Shown here one piece after another: positions 1-13,701 of a DNA stretch of 64,000 nt. The stretch is from Stegostoma tigrinum (Eukaryota). Position 1 is the first letter of the stretch. The number at the start of each line of letters is the position of its first letter. The stretch spans positions 96,703,187 to 96,767,186 of the forward strand of contig NC_081362.1 in assembly GCF_030684315.1 (NCBI RefSeq), in the 5' to 3' direction. The notes beneath the pieces are model-generated. The model was not told the origin of the DNA. It saw nothing but the letters and a program-made list of their open reading frames with translations, and searched no databases. A program made the position numbers and the translations under genes.

Positions 1-2709
1 AGTCTGCGGACTTGTTCCTTATGTCTTTGGAACCCAACAACCACCTTCTGCAAATTCCCCTACAAGCCAGTCACTGTACGAACTTGGGAATACCTAACGA
101 TTCATTCAGTGCCACTGAGTCAACTTCCTGGAATTCCCTCCCTGTGGGAGTTTTGGGTCAAACCGCAGCACATGATCTGCAGCAGATTAGGAAGAAAGCT
201 CACTCACAGTCATCTCCACTATAATAATTATCATAAAACACTTCTGATAATGTGCCACAAATCCATCTTATTAAGTAGCTGAGAGTACTTGATCTGGGGA
301 CTTGTATGGACAGAGGATTGGCTAATGAAAAGATGACAGACAGTTGGGATTAAGGTGGTACTTTCATGGTGGCAATTTTCAAATTAAACTGTTTATTGAG
401 ATCCCCAACTTCCAAAAGGTCCTAAATTATCATCTGCCATTTAAAGGAACATCTGCCAGGACTTTGTCAATTGAAACAATAATGCTTTCCAAACAATATT
501 TCTTTCTCTCAAACAGAAAACAATCCACTTTCACACTTGAAAGTGCCCTAATGATTTCAATGTTTATTTTGTTTGCTCATAAAATCTGTCCAAATGCAGA
601 CAAATTCCCACTTGCACTCCAACAACTGTTCCTGTCAGATTCATATTTTAAAATTACATCACAACTTCAGAAATATTGACTTGTAAATCTTTGAGTCCCA
701 TCAGAGACAGAGGCCAAAACTGACATGCCATGAATTCAGAATCCAATTTCCAAACTCAATGATATTAAAATCATACAGAAACTACATACTCACATCACAG
801 TCTTTGGACTCAAATGGGGGGAGTCCATGGGTAATCAAACCTCAATGAACTGCAAGCCATTCTATAAGTGTAACTGAATGAACAATGTGGCCAATTTGTA
901 TCTCTTCTGGCTTCCGATCCAAAGTAAAGAAAAAAAAATTGGTAGTTTGTTTGATGACCTCAAAAATAATTTATTATCAGTAAGACAGGTTATTGAAAAG
1001 GTGGAAAATGTGATCAGGAACTACATTTCTGTTTGGGTTAAACCATATCCATGAATCTCAAACACGTTCATTCACAGACAAGGTGCTATAGCTCTGCAGT
1101 AAGAGTTTGTGCTGTTTGTTAAAGGCCTGAAAGAAAGACCATCCCAGTGGGACAAGGAAATCACACCAGAAGGCAGAATGTGCTGACCTCTCAGAGTTCC
1201 TTCAATTTCTTGTCAATGAGGCTGATTCCTGAAAGTTATACAGTGGTGTGAGATCTTCTGACCATCATTCAGATTCTGATGGGAAATAATTTGAAATCCT
1301 GATCTTGGAAACTTTATCTTTACAAATTCTTCATGAAGAGATCTGACCAACCTTTCCCACGTATTTTACTGACTGAGATGGAGAACTTGTGCAGCTGGTC
1401 CTGATTGAAGTTTCCTTCCTTTGTTATCAGAAGGGAACATTTTTCACTGCTTTTGGTCAGCTGGACAATTCTGCTTCAGCTGCTGTGAACGCACACAGCA
1501 ACTTGGGCCGGGAAACTGTTGCCGGGCCGCATTCAAAATCAGTCAGTCCAGCAACTTAGCGATAAAACCCAGTTCTTACCTTGTGTTAACATCCTTCATC
1601 GAGTGAAAATGAATTTGAATTTTGTAAAACACAGTATATTTTGTTCTTTCAGATGCAAGTGATCGTGGGGTAAACCGTTTTCAACCAAGAAATGTCTAAA
1701 CAGTTCAATGAACCAGGTTCTCATTGTCTGCACATTTTTGTGTTGCCCTAATATGGGAATCAATTCATTTTTTTTTCGTTTTGCTACAGACTTCACAGGG
1801 TTATTCTCATGTTTTCTTATAAATTCGCTGTTTTTGTTTTCAGCTGAAGATCCTGCTCCCGGCTCTGCCTGCTCCTGCACATCCGTCAGAATTGCGCTTC
1901 GAAATGAAATTGTCTCCACTGCTCTTATTTCTCCATCCAGTCTGATTGTCCACACATTTCTCTGCATTACATCTGATCTGCTGTTGGGTGCCCACTCCTA
2001 CCCAATGGGACATGTGGAAGAGAAAGCCCCAGGAACTACCTGACCCAGGATGGAGACTGAAGCCTGGCTCTCAGGAATGGTCAAAACGAAGCTCCAGCGA
2101 ATTATGTCGGAAACGCCCAGAATACGATGATCATTCTTCCCGAGTCACATGGCTGGGACGGATGGAGTGTAATGTCGAATAATGACAACATCTCAGCACC
2201 AATCCCAGTCTCAGCTGTGGGAGCTCATGGAGACCAAGTTTGTTCCCTTACCCCGTGCTCGATGTGGACTGGTTCCCTTTAGCCTGCATCGAACTAGTTT
2301 TCTCTTCAATGGAGAGAGATATGTGTGTCCCTGTGTGCTCCATGGTTCATTCCTGATCCCCAGGAGATTCCCTGCAGATGGGTAACCTCACAGAGAAATC
2401 TCCCTGACTCTGTTCATCCAGCCCAATGGCACTGACACTCTTGTGAGTCGAATGGAATTAATATCCCTGCACGATAAAGCTCCATATTTCCCACAAAATC
2501 CTCCTGCAATGTCACAGAAAACCCCCCTCAGGAAATCACCCGCCCTCAACCAACACTGAACCTGAGCTCAGCTTCCAACCCGCAGTGAAACCATCCCTGA
2601 GATCACTCTCCATCACTTCCTCAGTTTTATTCATCGCGAACTGATTTCTAATTCATCCATTGGGCCAGGGGTTATTGCTGGAGGAGATTGTCATGTAAAC
2701 TCTACTTAC

Positions 2710-3048
2710 TGTCTACAATGAGCTGGCTTCCTCCGCCAAGGACGTGTCCCCGGACCGAGCAGCGATAGACCCCAGTGTCGCTGGGCTGCACGTTTGTGAT
2801 GGTCAGAAGGAAGCTGCTTTCGGAGTCTCTGGAAGGTTCGAATCGCTCAGCGAATCCTGAATACCAATGTCTGCCATTCCATGCGTCATGTACCAAGATC
2901 CGCTCTCTCTTTCCTGGCCGCTCCCGGTACCAGTGAACACGGATCCGTCTCAGTGCGGTGTTCCTCACGGTGCACTGTAATCGGGCAGTGAGACCCTCTG
3001 TGACACGTTGCAGGACCGGAGACTGGAGAAGGACCAGGGCATTTGCAC
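2710..3048 (-). CDS. Germline-joined VJ-type Ig V-set exon (V1) of a non-rearranging antigen-receptor-like gene
   Basis: Acceptor tattttgaag|GT and donor A|gtaagt, phase 1-1, 339 bp, open. Translation (G)ANALVLLQSPVLQRVTEGLTARLQCTVRNTALRRIRVHWYRERPGKRERILVHDAWNGRHWYSGFAERFEPSRDSESSFLLTITNVQPSDTGVYRCSVRGHVLGGGSQLIVD. It has the B-strand Cys, C-strand Trp, RF, LTI, DxGxYxC and a J-like xGxGSxLxV in the same exon, with no RSS. Confidence 0.93.
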
Positions 3049-3879
3049 CTTCAAAATATAAAAAGTAAATGAACAGCTGTCAGATTTTTCTAAGCTCCCG
3101 CCAGGGTTTACAGGGTCCCTGCCAGCAGCCTGAGTCCTGTACAAGGAGGGGACAAATTGCCAGGACCAGCTGTGATCGTTTGATGGTGCTTGGTATCCTG
3201 GCTCTCAGTCACTGTGTGCTGAGAACAGCAACACAGATGTTGCTGTAACAGGGACATGTTGAGCTCACGCTGTCCAACTGCTGCCTGACACGAGTTAACT
3301 TTCCACACACTGCAATTCTCTTCCCTGGACTATTCATCGTGGGAGAGGCTTCCTCACGACACGCAGCAAATGTGACGATTGGAACTGAGAAGAGGCTGCT
3401 GCTTTAGAAGAGGAAGCCAGGCTGTATTTTAAGGGGGAAGATATCGTCAAAGACTAACAGAGATACAGCTTCTACAGCCTCAGCAAACTGAAGCCGCTCC
3501 GCAGGCTAGGGTACCGGGGGGGTTGGAGGGCAGACTGGGGGCAATGGGGAGTTTCTCCCTCCATGCCCTGGATATCGAAACAAAAACTTAATTGCTGAAA
3601 AAGCTCAGCAGGTCTGGCAGAATCTGTGGAGGAGAAAACAAGTTAAAGTTTCAGGTCCAGTCACCCTTCCTCGGGGCTGATGGTGGCTGGAAAAACGTCA
3701 ATTTATCTTCTGGAAGTAGGGAGGTGGGTGAGGACGGGAGTAAAAGAAAGCTTATAGCCAAAAGAGAGAGAAAGACAGTTGGACAGACAAAGGAGTTGTT
3801 AACGATCAGGCGGGGAGGGTGAATAGTTGTTAATGGGGACTGTTAGTGACTAACAACACGGGGTGTACAGAGATCCTCA

Positions 3880-5720
3880 CCATAGCTACTGCCACCTGCA
3901 CAAAAGTAAAATTGGAAAGATGACCAAACCATGGCTTCCACAGGAAATTGGAGACAGTACAAGATCCAAGGAAGAGGCAAACAAGCTGGCTGAACAAAAT
4001 AACAGAACAGAGGAGAGATTGATTATTGCAAAGATTAAGGGATTAACGGAATGATTAAGGGAATGATTAAGGGAAAGAAAATAATAGACAAACGTATGTT
4101 TGAGGGGAACATAAAATCTGACCAGAATGGTTTTTTCTGTTGGGATCTAAAGAGAAGAGGATTGATGAAGATAAATGTTGTTGCCTTCCAGTCAGAAACT
4201 AGAATTCCTAATGGGGAGCAAAGAACTGGTGAAGGAACTTTGTGAAATCTTTTGTCTCTGAGCTCACAAAGGAGGATACAAGTAACGTTCCAGAAATGTT
4301 GGGGAACAAAGGGTTCATTGAGAAGGAGGAACTGATGGAAATCAGGATTAGTCAACAAATATAGTTGGGGAAATTTATGAGATTGCAAGATAATAAATCT
4401 GCAGGCTCTGATAATCTCCATTCCAGAGCACTTAAGGAAGTGGGCCTGGAAATAATGGACGCATTGTTGGTCATCTGCCAAGGTCCTACAGATACTGAAC
4501 AGTTGTTGGGTAGCTAATGTAACCCCACTGTTTAAAAAGGAGACAGGGAATTATAGACCATTTTCCTGATGGTGCTCCTGGCAAAAATGTTAGATTCCAA
4601 TATAAAAGATTTAATAACAGAGCACTTTGAAAACTGAGGCTTCGGGGATTTACAAAAGCTTCACAAATTGACTGGAACTCTTCACGCATGTTACTTGTAG
4701 AGTTGATGAAGGGGAGACAGTGGATGTAGTGTATTTGGATATTCAGAAGGCTTTTGAGAAAATCACATGAGAGATTAATGTGTAAAATTAAAGGAAATTG
4801 GCTCTGGGTGTTGTATATTAAGACTTTTTGGAGAACTAGTTTGCAAACAAAGAGAAAACAAAGAGCAGGAATAAATGGATCTTTTTCTGACTGGTAGCCA
4901 GTGACTAATGGGACACGTCAGCAGTAGGATGGCGCGATTCACAATATATATGAATGATTCAGATGAGGGAAATAGACATAATATGTTCAAGTTTGCTAGT
5001 GACATAAGGTGGGTGGGAGGGTAAGTTGTGCGGAGGATGCCATAATGTTTCCGTGTGAATTGGATAAGTTGAGTAACTAGCCAAATGCATGGCAGATGCA
5101 GGATTATGTGGGAAAATGTGACCTTATTCACTTTGATACAAAAACAAGCCGGTAGATTCATATTTGAAGGATGATAATTGGGGAGTAGTGGAGGTACAAT
5201 GAGACCTGGGTGTCTTTGCACACCAGTCACTAAAAAGAAATGTTGCAGATGCAGCAGGCAGTAAAAAGGGAAAATACTGTGTTGGCCTTCACAGTGAGAG
5301 AATGAGTACAGGAGCAGGGATGTGTTACTACAGTAATACAGAGTCTTGGACAGACCACACATGAAATATTGTGAGGAATTTTTCTCTCCTTATCTGAGGA
5401 AGGATGTTCTTACTACAGGGGGAGTGCAGCAAAGATTTACCAGACTGACCCCTTGGATGTTGATATTCAGCATGAAGAGAAGTTGAATCATTTCCAATTG
5501 AATTCACTGCACTTCAGAAGAATTTGAGGACGAGTCTCAAATAATTCTACAAAAGTTCAACAAGTCTAGATAGGTTAGATGCAGAAAGGATGTTCCTGGT
5601 AGTAGGCGAGTCAGGAGTCTGAGGATACTGAGTAAACCATGTGGGACTGAGAAGAGGAGAATTGTGTTCACAGGGCCAGTGAACAGTGAATATAAATGAG
5701 GGAATCTGGTAGAAAGAAGC
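3880..5720 (+). mobile_element. Decayed CR1 ORF2 (RT) fragment
   Basis: gtggatgtagtgtatttggatattcagaaggcttttga, aagtttgctagtgacata and other CR1 RT hallmarks, with many stops. Confidence 0.8.
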
Positions 5721-6779
5721 AGCAGAAGTAAAGGACATTGATTTCTCTCTGAATGCAGCAGCACCTCTCTGAGGGACATGGACTGGACTGGATCGACCAG
5801 ATGCTCTTCGAACTGGTAATGACTGCCTCTGGATCCTCTTTTCACATTCCCCATTGTGGGGGTCACTCTTGAGGTCATTATCTCTATATCACTGCCTCTG
5901 ACCTTGAGCACTTTCTCCTGGATCACAGTCAATATCTTGCCTCATTCACTGCCTGCCTGTGACAGTATCAGGTTCCTCTTCTGCAGTGAAGGCATAACGG
6001 GAACATCTATTGTCTATTCTGTGTCCCTAATCCCCATGGAAACATTGCATCGCTTGGCCCCTAATCTACCCCAATGATTCTTTGATAAAACTAATGACTG
6101 CGGATGTTTTAGATCTGAAATACAAACAGAAATTGTTGGAGAAACTCAGCAGGCCTGGTAGCATCCGTGGGAAGCTTCGAGTCCAGGGATTCTGCATCAG
6201 AACCCCAGTATTTTCTCTTTTTGTTCCAAGAGGCACAGGTTGAGAGATTTAGTTCCAGAGGGCAGTGATCAGGCCAATGATGGCACAAAACAAAGTGTTT
6301 TACTTGGAAAAGACAAAAGTACTGAAGATAATTTTTGCTCCATCTTATATTTAAACAAAGAGTTAAATCTTAACAGCATACACCTCTTAACTCAATTTCA
6401 CCACCATTTTGTCCCTGTTGATGTGCTGATGGGAAACACTGGTTAATGCCAATTACGGCTTCAGGAAGTTTGATTTAGGAGCTGGAGTCTGAACTGCAGA
6501 CATTGCATCACATGAAGGAAGTGGAAAATTCCCTGGAAACCTTTCTGCAGAAGGTGCTGACACATCTTGGATAAGGGAATTGAAGAAGAGTCATTTATCA
6601 GGGACAGGACGCTGTGATGCATATGAGGCCAAAATGGGTTCCATGGAAATACATCTGAGGAGCCTCAGCTCCTGCAGTTATCCAGCAGCTATAAGGTTCT
6701 TACAAGGTGTGTGGGCAAGCGTGGGGACTGCAGGGAGAATGTGCAAACTGTCCATGGGACATTGGGATGGGAGTGATTC

Positions 6780-8830
6780 AAGTGGGGAGAGGAAATAGGA
6801 ATGTCATTGTGGGAGGAAACAGTATAATGCCGGGGATAGATCCTGCTCTCTACAGACATGAGCATAATTCCCGAAGGATAGGCTGCCTGACCAGTGCCAG
6901 GGTCGAGGATATCTCCTCAGAGTCGGAGAAGAACTTGGACATGAAAGAGCAGTATCCAGTCATCATCATCCATGTCGAGACCAATGACACTGGAAACACA
7001 AGAAAGGAGGTTTCACTGAAAGACTTTGAACAGTTTGCAGCTAAATTAGAATGCAGAACTTCTGAGATAAGAATCTCTGGATTACTGTCTGTGCCACAGA
7101 CAAACGGGAATAGGGATATAGAGTCAATCAGTGAAAGACGTTGTTTGGAGTTTGGTTGAGGTGGAATACGTTTTCATTCATGGGTCACTGGTGTAAAAGT
7201 GGGCTGTTCTCCTGGGACAGGCTTCACTTGAGCCATGCTAGGATTAGTGTCCTGGTGTATTGAACAACGAGGGTTGTGGAGAGGTTAGTAAACTAATTAG
7301 AAGGGGGCAGGGTGAAAGAGAAAGCATTTGGAGGCAGACAAAGCAAGATGAGGCAGCAGCATTACAGGAACAGGCAGAGTGTACAAACTCAGAAAAACAG
7401 TGGTCAACGGGGTCACCAGGGGCATTAATGTTAAAAAAACCAATAAGTGAATGACTCTTTCCTTGAAAACACTTTGTATTTTGGACAAAATGACAGCTCA
7501 ATTACACATTCAGATTTGGCATGAAATATTCATTCTCTTTCTCTCTCTACTGGTACTGCCAGGCCTGCTGAGTTTCTCCAGCATTCCCTGTGCTTGCTTG
7601 ACATTTCTATCATATGCAGTATTTTGCCTTTAGTAAAATAGGAAGCCATTGATGCAATACTTTCGGATTTTCAGTCAGTATTTTACAAGATCACACACAC
7701 GAGGATACTTAACAAGAGCCCCATGGTTTTGAGAGTAGTTTCTGCATATGGATAGAGAATTGGCTGACAAAGAGGGGAATTTTCAGGATGATAACCAACA
7801 GCTATTGGGTTTGAACAGGGATCAGTGCTGCAGCCAAAATTATATACATTATATTGTAATGAATTGTATTAGGAATGTGAATGGACTGTCACCAAGTTTG
7901 AGGATAACTCAGAAATAGTTGGGAAGGCAAGTAGTGACAAAATGTCTGCATCGGGACATTGACTTTGGAAAGTGAGAAGGCAAAAGCTTGGCAGATGGAA
8001 TATAATGTGAAGAAATGTGAGGTCATTCAATTTGACAGGAAGAATAGAGGAGATGAATATGGTTGAAATGTGAAAAACTGCAGAAAGCTTCCGCACAGTG
8101 GGATTCAGGAGTCAATGCCCATGAATCACAAAAAACTAACATCCAAGTTCCATTGGTAATAGTGAAGTCAAATGGAGATTTGGCCTTTATTTGCAAAGGA
8201 AACAGAATAAAATTCGGAAGCGGTGCTTCAACTATACAAAGCACAAATTCAGAACATAACTGGAATATTATGAAAAGTTTTGGGTCCCTGAGCAGAGGAA
8301 AGATGTCCTGTCATTGGAGGCTGTCCACAGAGCAATTACTGGGCAGGTATTCAGTGAGGAAAGATTGTCTTATGGGGAGAGATTAAATTGCTTGTACTTG
8401 CACTCATCAAAACATCGAAGAACGAGATGTAACCTTATTGAAACGTAAAAGATTCTTACAGGATTTGACAGGGTACATGCATAAAAATTATTTCTGGTGT
8501 GAGAGTCTGGGAGCAGAGGATAGAATCTCAGAATACGGGGGTGTACATTTAAAGCAGAGATAATGAGGAATTTGTTCACTGTGAGGAGAAATCGATACAA
8601 CACAGTGCTGTTGAGGCTGGGTCATTCATGTTGATGTTTAAATATTTTGTTTCATGGTTAAACATTCATGTTTAAATTTGAGAAAGGCAGATTTTTAATC
8701 AGAAAGTAAAACAAGGGACAATAGAGGAAAAAAACAAGAAGCTCAAGTTGGGGATTGTCAGAGAAACCTTGATGTCATTGAAAGACAAGCAACTCGATGG
8801 GCTGAATGGAATGTTTCTGCTCCTTTGTCT
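6780..8830 (+). mobile_element. Decayed CR1 ORF1-esterase and RT fragments
   Basis: VIVGGNSIMPGID...IIHVETNDTG (GDS/HVGTND esterase), followed by RT 3' remnants at 7640-8830. Confidence 0.75.
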
Positions 8831-10344
8831 TCTGTCTTCTAGAGCTGAGCAGCAAGGAAACAGGCAATTCGATCCAGCTGGCCTTGGCCAACCAGATATC
8901 CAAAACTGATCAAGTCTAATTTGCCAACATTTGGCCAGATCCCTCAAAATCCTTCCTACTCATGTAGCCATCCAGGTGCCTTTTCAATTCTGTAATTGCA
9001 GCAGCCTGCATCATCTCCTCCGGCAACTCTTCCCAGACACACACCACCCTCTGCGTTAAAATGTCTCCCATTAGCTCACTTTTAAATCTTTCCTCTCTCC
9101 TGTTAAAATCCTGCCCTCCAGTTTTGGACTACCTTACAAAGAACAAAGAACAAAGAAAATTACAGCACAGGAACAAGCTCTTCGGCCGTCCAAGCCTGCA
9201 TCAATCGAGATCCTCTGTCTAACCTGTCATCTATTTTCTAAGGGTCTGTGTCCACTTGCTCCCTGCCCATCCATGTACCTGTCCAAATATATCTTAAAAG
9301 ACGCTATCGAGCCTGTGTCTACCACCTCCGCTGGCAACACGTTCCGTGCACGCACCACCCTCTGTGCAAAGAACTTTCCACGCATATCTCCCTTAAACTT
9401 TCCTCCTCTCACTTTGAACTCATGACCCCTCGTAATTGAGCCCCCTACTCTGGGAAAAATGCTTTTTGCAATCCACCCTGTCTATACTCCATAATTCTGT
9501 AGACTTCAATCAGGCACACCGTCAATCTCCGTCTTTCAGATGAAAATAATCCTCATCTCATGACCCCTCGTAATTGAGCCCCCTACTCTGGGAAAAATGC
9601 TTTTTGCAATCCACCCTGTCTATACTCCATAATTCTGTAGACTTCAATCAGGCACCCCGTCAATCTCCATCTTTCAGATGAAAATAATCCTCATCTATTC
9701 AATCTCTCTTCATAGCTAGCACCCTCCATACCAGACAACATCCTGGTGAACCTCATCTGCACCCTTTACAAAGCATCCACATCCTTTTGGTAATGTGGCG
9801 ACCAGAACTGTACACAGTACTCCAAATGTGGCCGCACCAAAGTTCTATACAACTGCAACATGACCTGCCAACTCTTGTACTCAATACGCCGTCAAATGAA
9901 GGAAAACATGCCATATGCCTTCTTGACCACCCTATTGACCTGCGTTGTCACCTTCAGGGAACAATGGATCTGAACTCCTCCCTTGGGAAAGAAGACCGTG
10001 GATGTTCACCACATCTGTGCGCCTCAGGATTTTATAAAGCTCTATACGGTCACCCCTCAGCCTCCAACAATCCAGGGAAAATAGCCCCACACTGTTCAGC
10101 CTCTCCCTATAGATCAAATCGTATTATCCTCACAACACCCTTCTCTTTTTTTTTGGAAAGCATTCAAGTTTAGCAACACCTTTCTTCTGGCAAGGAGACA
10201 AGAACCGAACGCAATATTCTAAAAGTGGACTAATGTCTAATCTCAATGCAATTACCAATGAAGACAAGCTCTCCTAATGCCTTCTTCACTACCCTCTCGA
10301 ACTGCGACTCCGCTTTCAAGGAATTATACATCTGCATTCCAAGG

Positions 10345-11425
10345 GATAAGAAAGTGTGGAGCTGGATGAACACAGCAGGCCAAGCAGCATCTTAGGAGCA
10401 AAAAGCAGATGTTTCGGGCCTAGACCCTTCATCAGAAAAGGGGGATGGGGAGAGGATTCTGAATTAAATAGGGAGAGAAGGGGAGGTGGACCGAAGATGG
10501 AGAGAGGAGAAGATAGGTGGAGAGGAGAGTATAGGTGGGGAGTTAGGGAGGAAATAGGTCAGTCCGGGGAGGACGGACATGTCAAGGGGGCGGGATGAGG
10601 TTAGTGGGTAGGAAATGGAAGTGCTGCTTGCGATGAGAGGAGGGTACAGGTGAGAGGAAGAACAGGTTAGGGAGGCAGAACGAGCCGGCCTGGTTTTGGG
10701 ATGCAGTGGTTGGATGGGAGATTTTGAAGCACTGTATCTGCAGTACCCGTTGTGGCTTCCTCTACATCGCGGAAACCAAGCGGAGGCTTGGGGACTGCTT
10801 TACAGAACACCTATGCTCAGTTCACAATAGACATCTGCACCTCCCAGTCGTGAACCATTTCAATTCCCCCTCCCATTCCTCAGACGACATGTCCATCCTG
10901 GGCCTCCTGTAGTGCCCTAATGATGCCACCCGAAGGTTGCAGGAACAGCAACTCATATTCCGCTTAGGAACTCAGCAGCCCAATGGTATCAATGTTGATT
11001 TCACCATCTTCAAACTCTCCCCTCCACCCACTGCATCCCAAAATCAGCCCAGCTCGTCCCCACCTCCCTAAACTGTTCTTCCTCTCACCTATGCCCCCCT
11101 CCCACCTCAAGCCACACCTCCATTTCCTACCTCCTAACCTCATTCTGCCTCCTTGATCTGTGCATCCTCCCCAGACTGACCTATCTCCTCTCTACCTCCC
11201 CACCTATATTCTCCTCTCCACCTATCTTCTCCTCTATCAATCCTCAGTCCACCTCCCCCTCTCTCCCTATTTATTTCAGAATCCTCTCCCCATCCCCCTT
11301 TTCTGATGAAGGGTCTCGGCCCGAAACGTCAGCTTTTGTAGTCCTAAGATGCTGCTTGGCCTGCTGTGCTCATCCAGCTCCACACTTTGTTATCTCAGAT
11401 TTTCCAGCATCGGCAGTTCTCATTA
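10345..11425 (+). mobile_element. Penelope-like element fragment with GIY-YIG remnant and inverted pseudo-LTRs
   Basis: CICSTRCGFLYIAETKRRLGDCFTEH...HFNSPSHS. 10350-10700 is an inverted copy of 11030-11390, with hammerhead motifs at both ends. Confidence 0.88.
11303..11330 (+). ncRNA. Minimal type-I hammerhead ribozyme (Penelope-associated)
   Basis: CTGATGA-a-GGGtctcggCCC-GAAACGTC: intact core, stem II, palindromic ACGU stem III and a GUC cleavage triplet. Confidence 0.75.
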
Positions 11426-13701
11426 TCCCTGCACCCCAAGGGAGCTTTGCTCAGCAACATTCCCCAATTCTCTCCCTTTAACTGTACAAGCGCTGCCTTG
11501 ATTGGCCTTAACAAAATGCAAAACAACATGTTTATCTGAATTAAACTTCATCTGACACTCCTCAGCCAATAGGCCCATCTGATCAAGGTCCCATTGTACT
11601 CTGAGATAACCTTCTTCAATGTCCTCGACACCATCAATTGTGTTGTCATCTGCGTACTTACTGAGCATATGTCCCCTATTCACATCCAAATAATTTATAT
11701 AAATGACAACTAAAAGTAGTGGACCCAGCACTGATCCTTGCGACGCATCGCTGATCACAGGCCACCTGTCTGAAAAGCATCCAGAAAGATCTAACCTTGC
11801 CAACGATCTACCATGTAGAACCTTATCGATGTCTTGTTGAAGTTCATGTAGACAATGTCTAACGCTCTGCCTTCATTAATCTTCTTTGTCTCTTCTTCAA
11901 AAAACTCAATCAAGTTAATGAGACACAATTTCTCATGCACAAAACCATGTTGAATATCCCTGATCAGTCATTACATTTCCAAATACAAGTAATTCCTGTG
12001 CCATCTAATCCCCTCCAACAACTTAACAAACACTGATGTCAGACTCACCGGTCTACAGTTCCCTAACTTTTCCTTACTACTTTTCTTAAATAATGGTACC
12101 ACATTAGCCAAACCTCAAGGTTTCTGACACAGCACCTTTGGCTCTTGATGGTACAAACATCTCAGCAATGGTCTCAGAGATCTCCTCACTAGCTTCCCAC
12201 AAAGTTCAGAGATAGACCTGACCAGATTCTAGGGATTTATCCAACTTTATGCATTTTAAAACATACAGCACCTCCTCTTCCATAGTATGGACACTTTTCA
12301 AGATATCACTACTTATTGCCCCATGCCGACTATATCCCATATCCTTCCGTACAGTCAACACTGACAAAAAATACTTGTTTAGGATCTCACTGATCTCCTG
12401 CAGTTAAAGTTGAAGTGCTCAGAAAACCAGTACTGAAATGCTGGGACCAATGGCTTCCTTCTTGATCAGAACATTTCTGTGATTTTGGGAACAGTGAAAT
12501 TACACACTGCACAGCAAATATTGCTTCCCCCTTTAAGCTTCCTGAACTCACTTTGCAGCTGTTGTGCTGAAAATGCAATCGCGATCTTAGTTGAGTTGTC
12601 AAAATCGCATTTCCTGCAGGCAGTGTCTATCTTTGGTCTGTAGATGGTGAAATCCTCAGTTTGTTCCACATTATAGTCTGTCCATTAAACAGCTGGGAAA
12701 TGGTGGGAGCAATGAGGATACTACAGTGTCCGTGATTCTATGGAAGAAGCTTGCCTCAGTTGGCCACTCACACATAGTTTTGGCAGCCACAGCTTCCAGG
12801 AGCTTGTCTCAAAGCTGACCTTCCAATGGAATGGGCAAATGTCACACAGCAGTTACAGACAAGATACAGTGAGCGCGTGAGGCTGTTCCATACAGACGAG
12901 TGTGTCACTGTGGCAGCAGATCACCTGGCAGGAGTGAGTACAAGCAGCAGCAACAGAGAGAAGATTGCACTCTGCCGTTGTTGCCATCAGATTTTCATGG
13001 GGTGATCAGTGGCCTAGTTTGAAGATTTCAAGATTACAAAACAGAATTTGAAAAAGAGCAGTCGTCTGACCATTAAAATCCTTCTTTCAATTAACACCTT
13101 CACATATAACATGAACTGACTTTCAGCACATTTCCCTTTCGAAAGGCTCCCAGTTTTGACCAGTCCCAGGGTTCGGAGCTGTCACAGATACAGAACTTCA
13201 AACTGATTCGCAGTTTGTGAAGTTCTTGAGATGTTTTAATGGAGCCAATTAAATATTATTGATTGCAGAGAATTGTGAGTGTCAGCATGGCTCCATTGGT
13301 GAAATGCATTCTGAATCACAAAGCTGTAAAATCACCAATTTCATAAAAACAGTTGGCTCTCTTTCAAATCCACCCCAATGAGACCCAGTGAACACGCAGA
13401 CTCATCCAATCCACCCCGAATACACATTTTAATGTGCAACCTGCTCCTCAATCCCATTCTCCCATTCAGTGAATGACAGAAAATGATGGGAGGCACACTA
13501 TGTTTTCTGCTCTGTGTTCCCAGCCATGGAGCTCAATGTCACCTTCACCAAACTATCTCGAGACAGTGATAAATTCTCCCTGTGACACTCCCCTCGAGTT
13601 CTCAAAGTTCAAACGTATAGAATTTGCATAACTTCAAGAGCAGCACAAACCATGGAACGACCTTTTACAACAAGTTGAACCTCTCCAAAACAAACACTCA
13701 C

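Larger units (their letters stand above)
8850..12400 (-). mobile_element. Nested CR1 3' fragments interrupted by a Penelope-like insertion
   Basis: SQGSVLGPLL...KYADD in ORF 11423-11803, 3' CR1 ends at about 8850 and 9140, and a 138-bp tandem duplication at 9419/9557. Confidence 0.8.

Noticed and set aside
1650-2400. Plus-strand acceptor-like sites and ORFs (1708-2043, 1946-2182, 2182-2385)
   Set aside because: No recognisable protein similarity or consistent exon chain.
2240-2480. Possible Ig C1 exon after V1 (minus-strand FLCEVTH; plus-strand QPNGTDTLVSRMEL)
   Set aside because: The motifs are short, bounded by stops, on conflicting strands, and lack a first Cys/Trp in frame and matching splice sites. 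Probably chance.
2600-3100. Rearranging Ig/TCR V segment
   Set aside because: The J motif is already fused and followed by a splice donor; no heptamer/nonamer RSS.
12400-13000. Possible LTR-gag remnant or extra exon in the leader-V intron
   Set aside because: Similarity too weak to call, and no good splice context.
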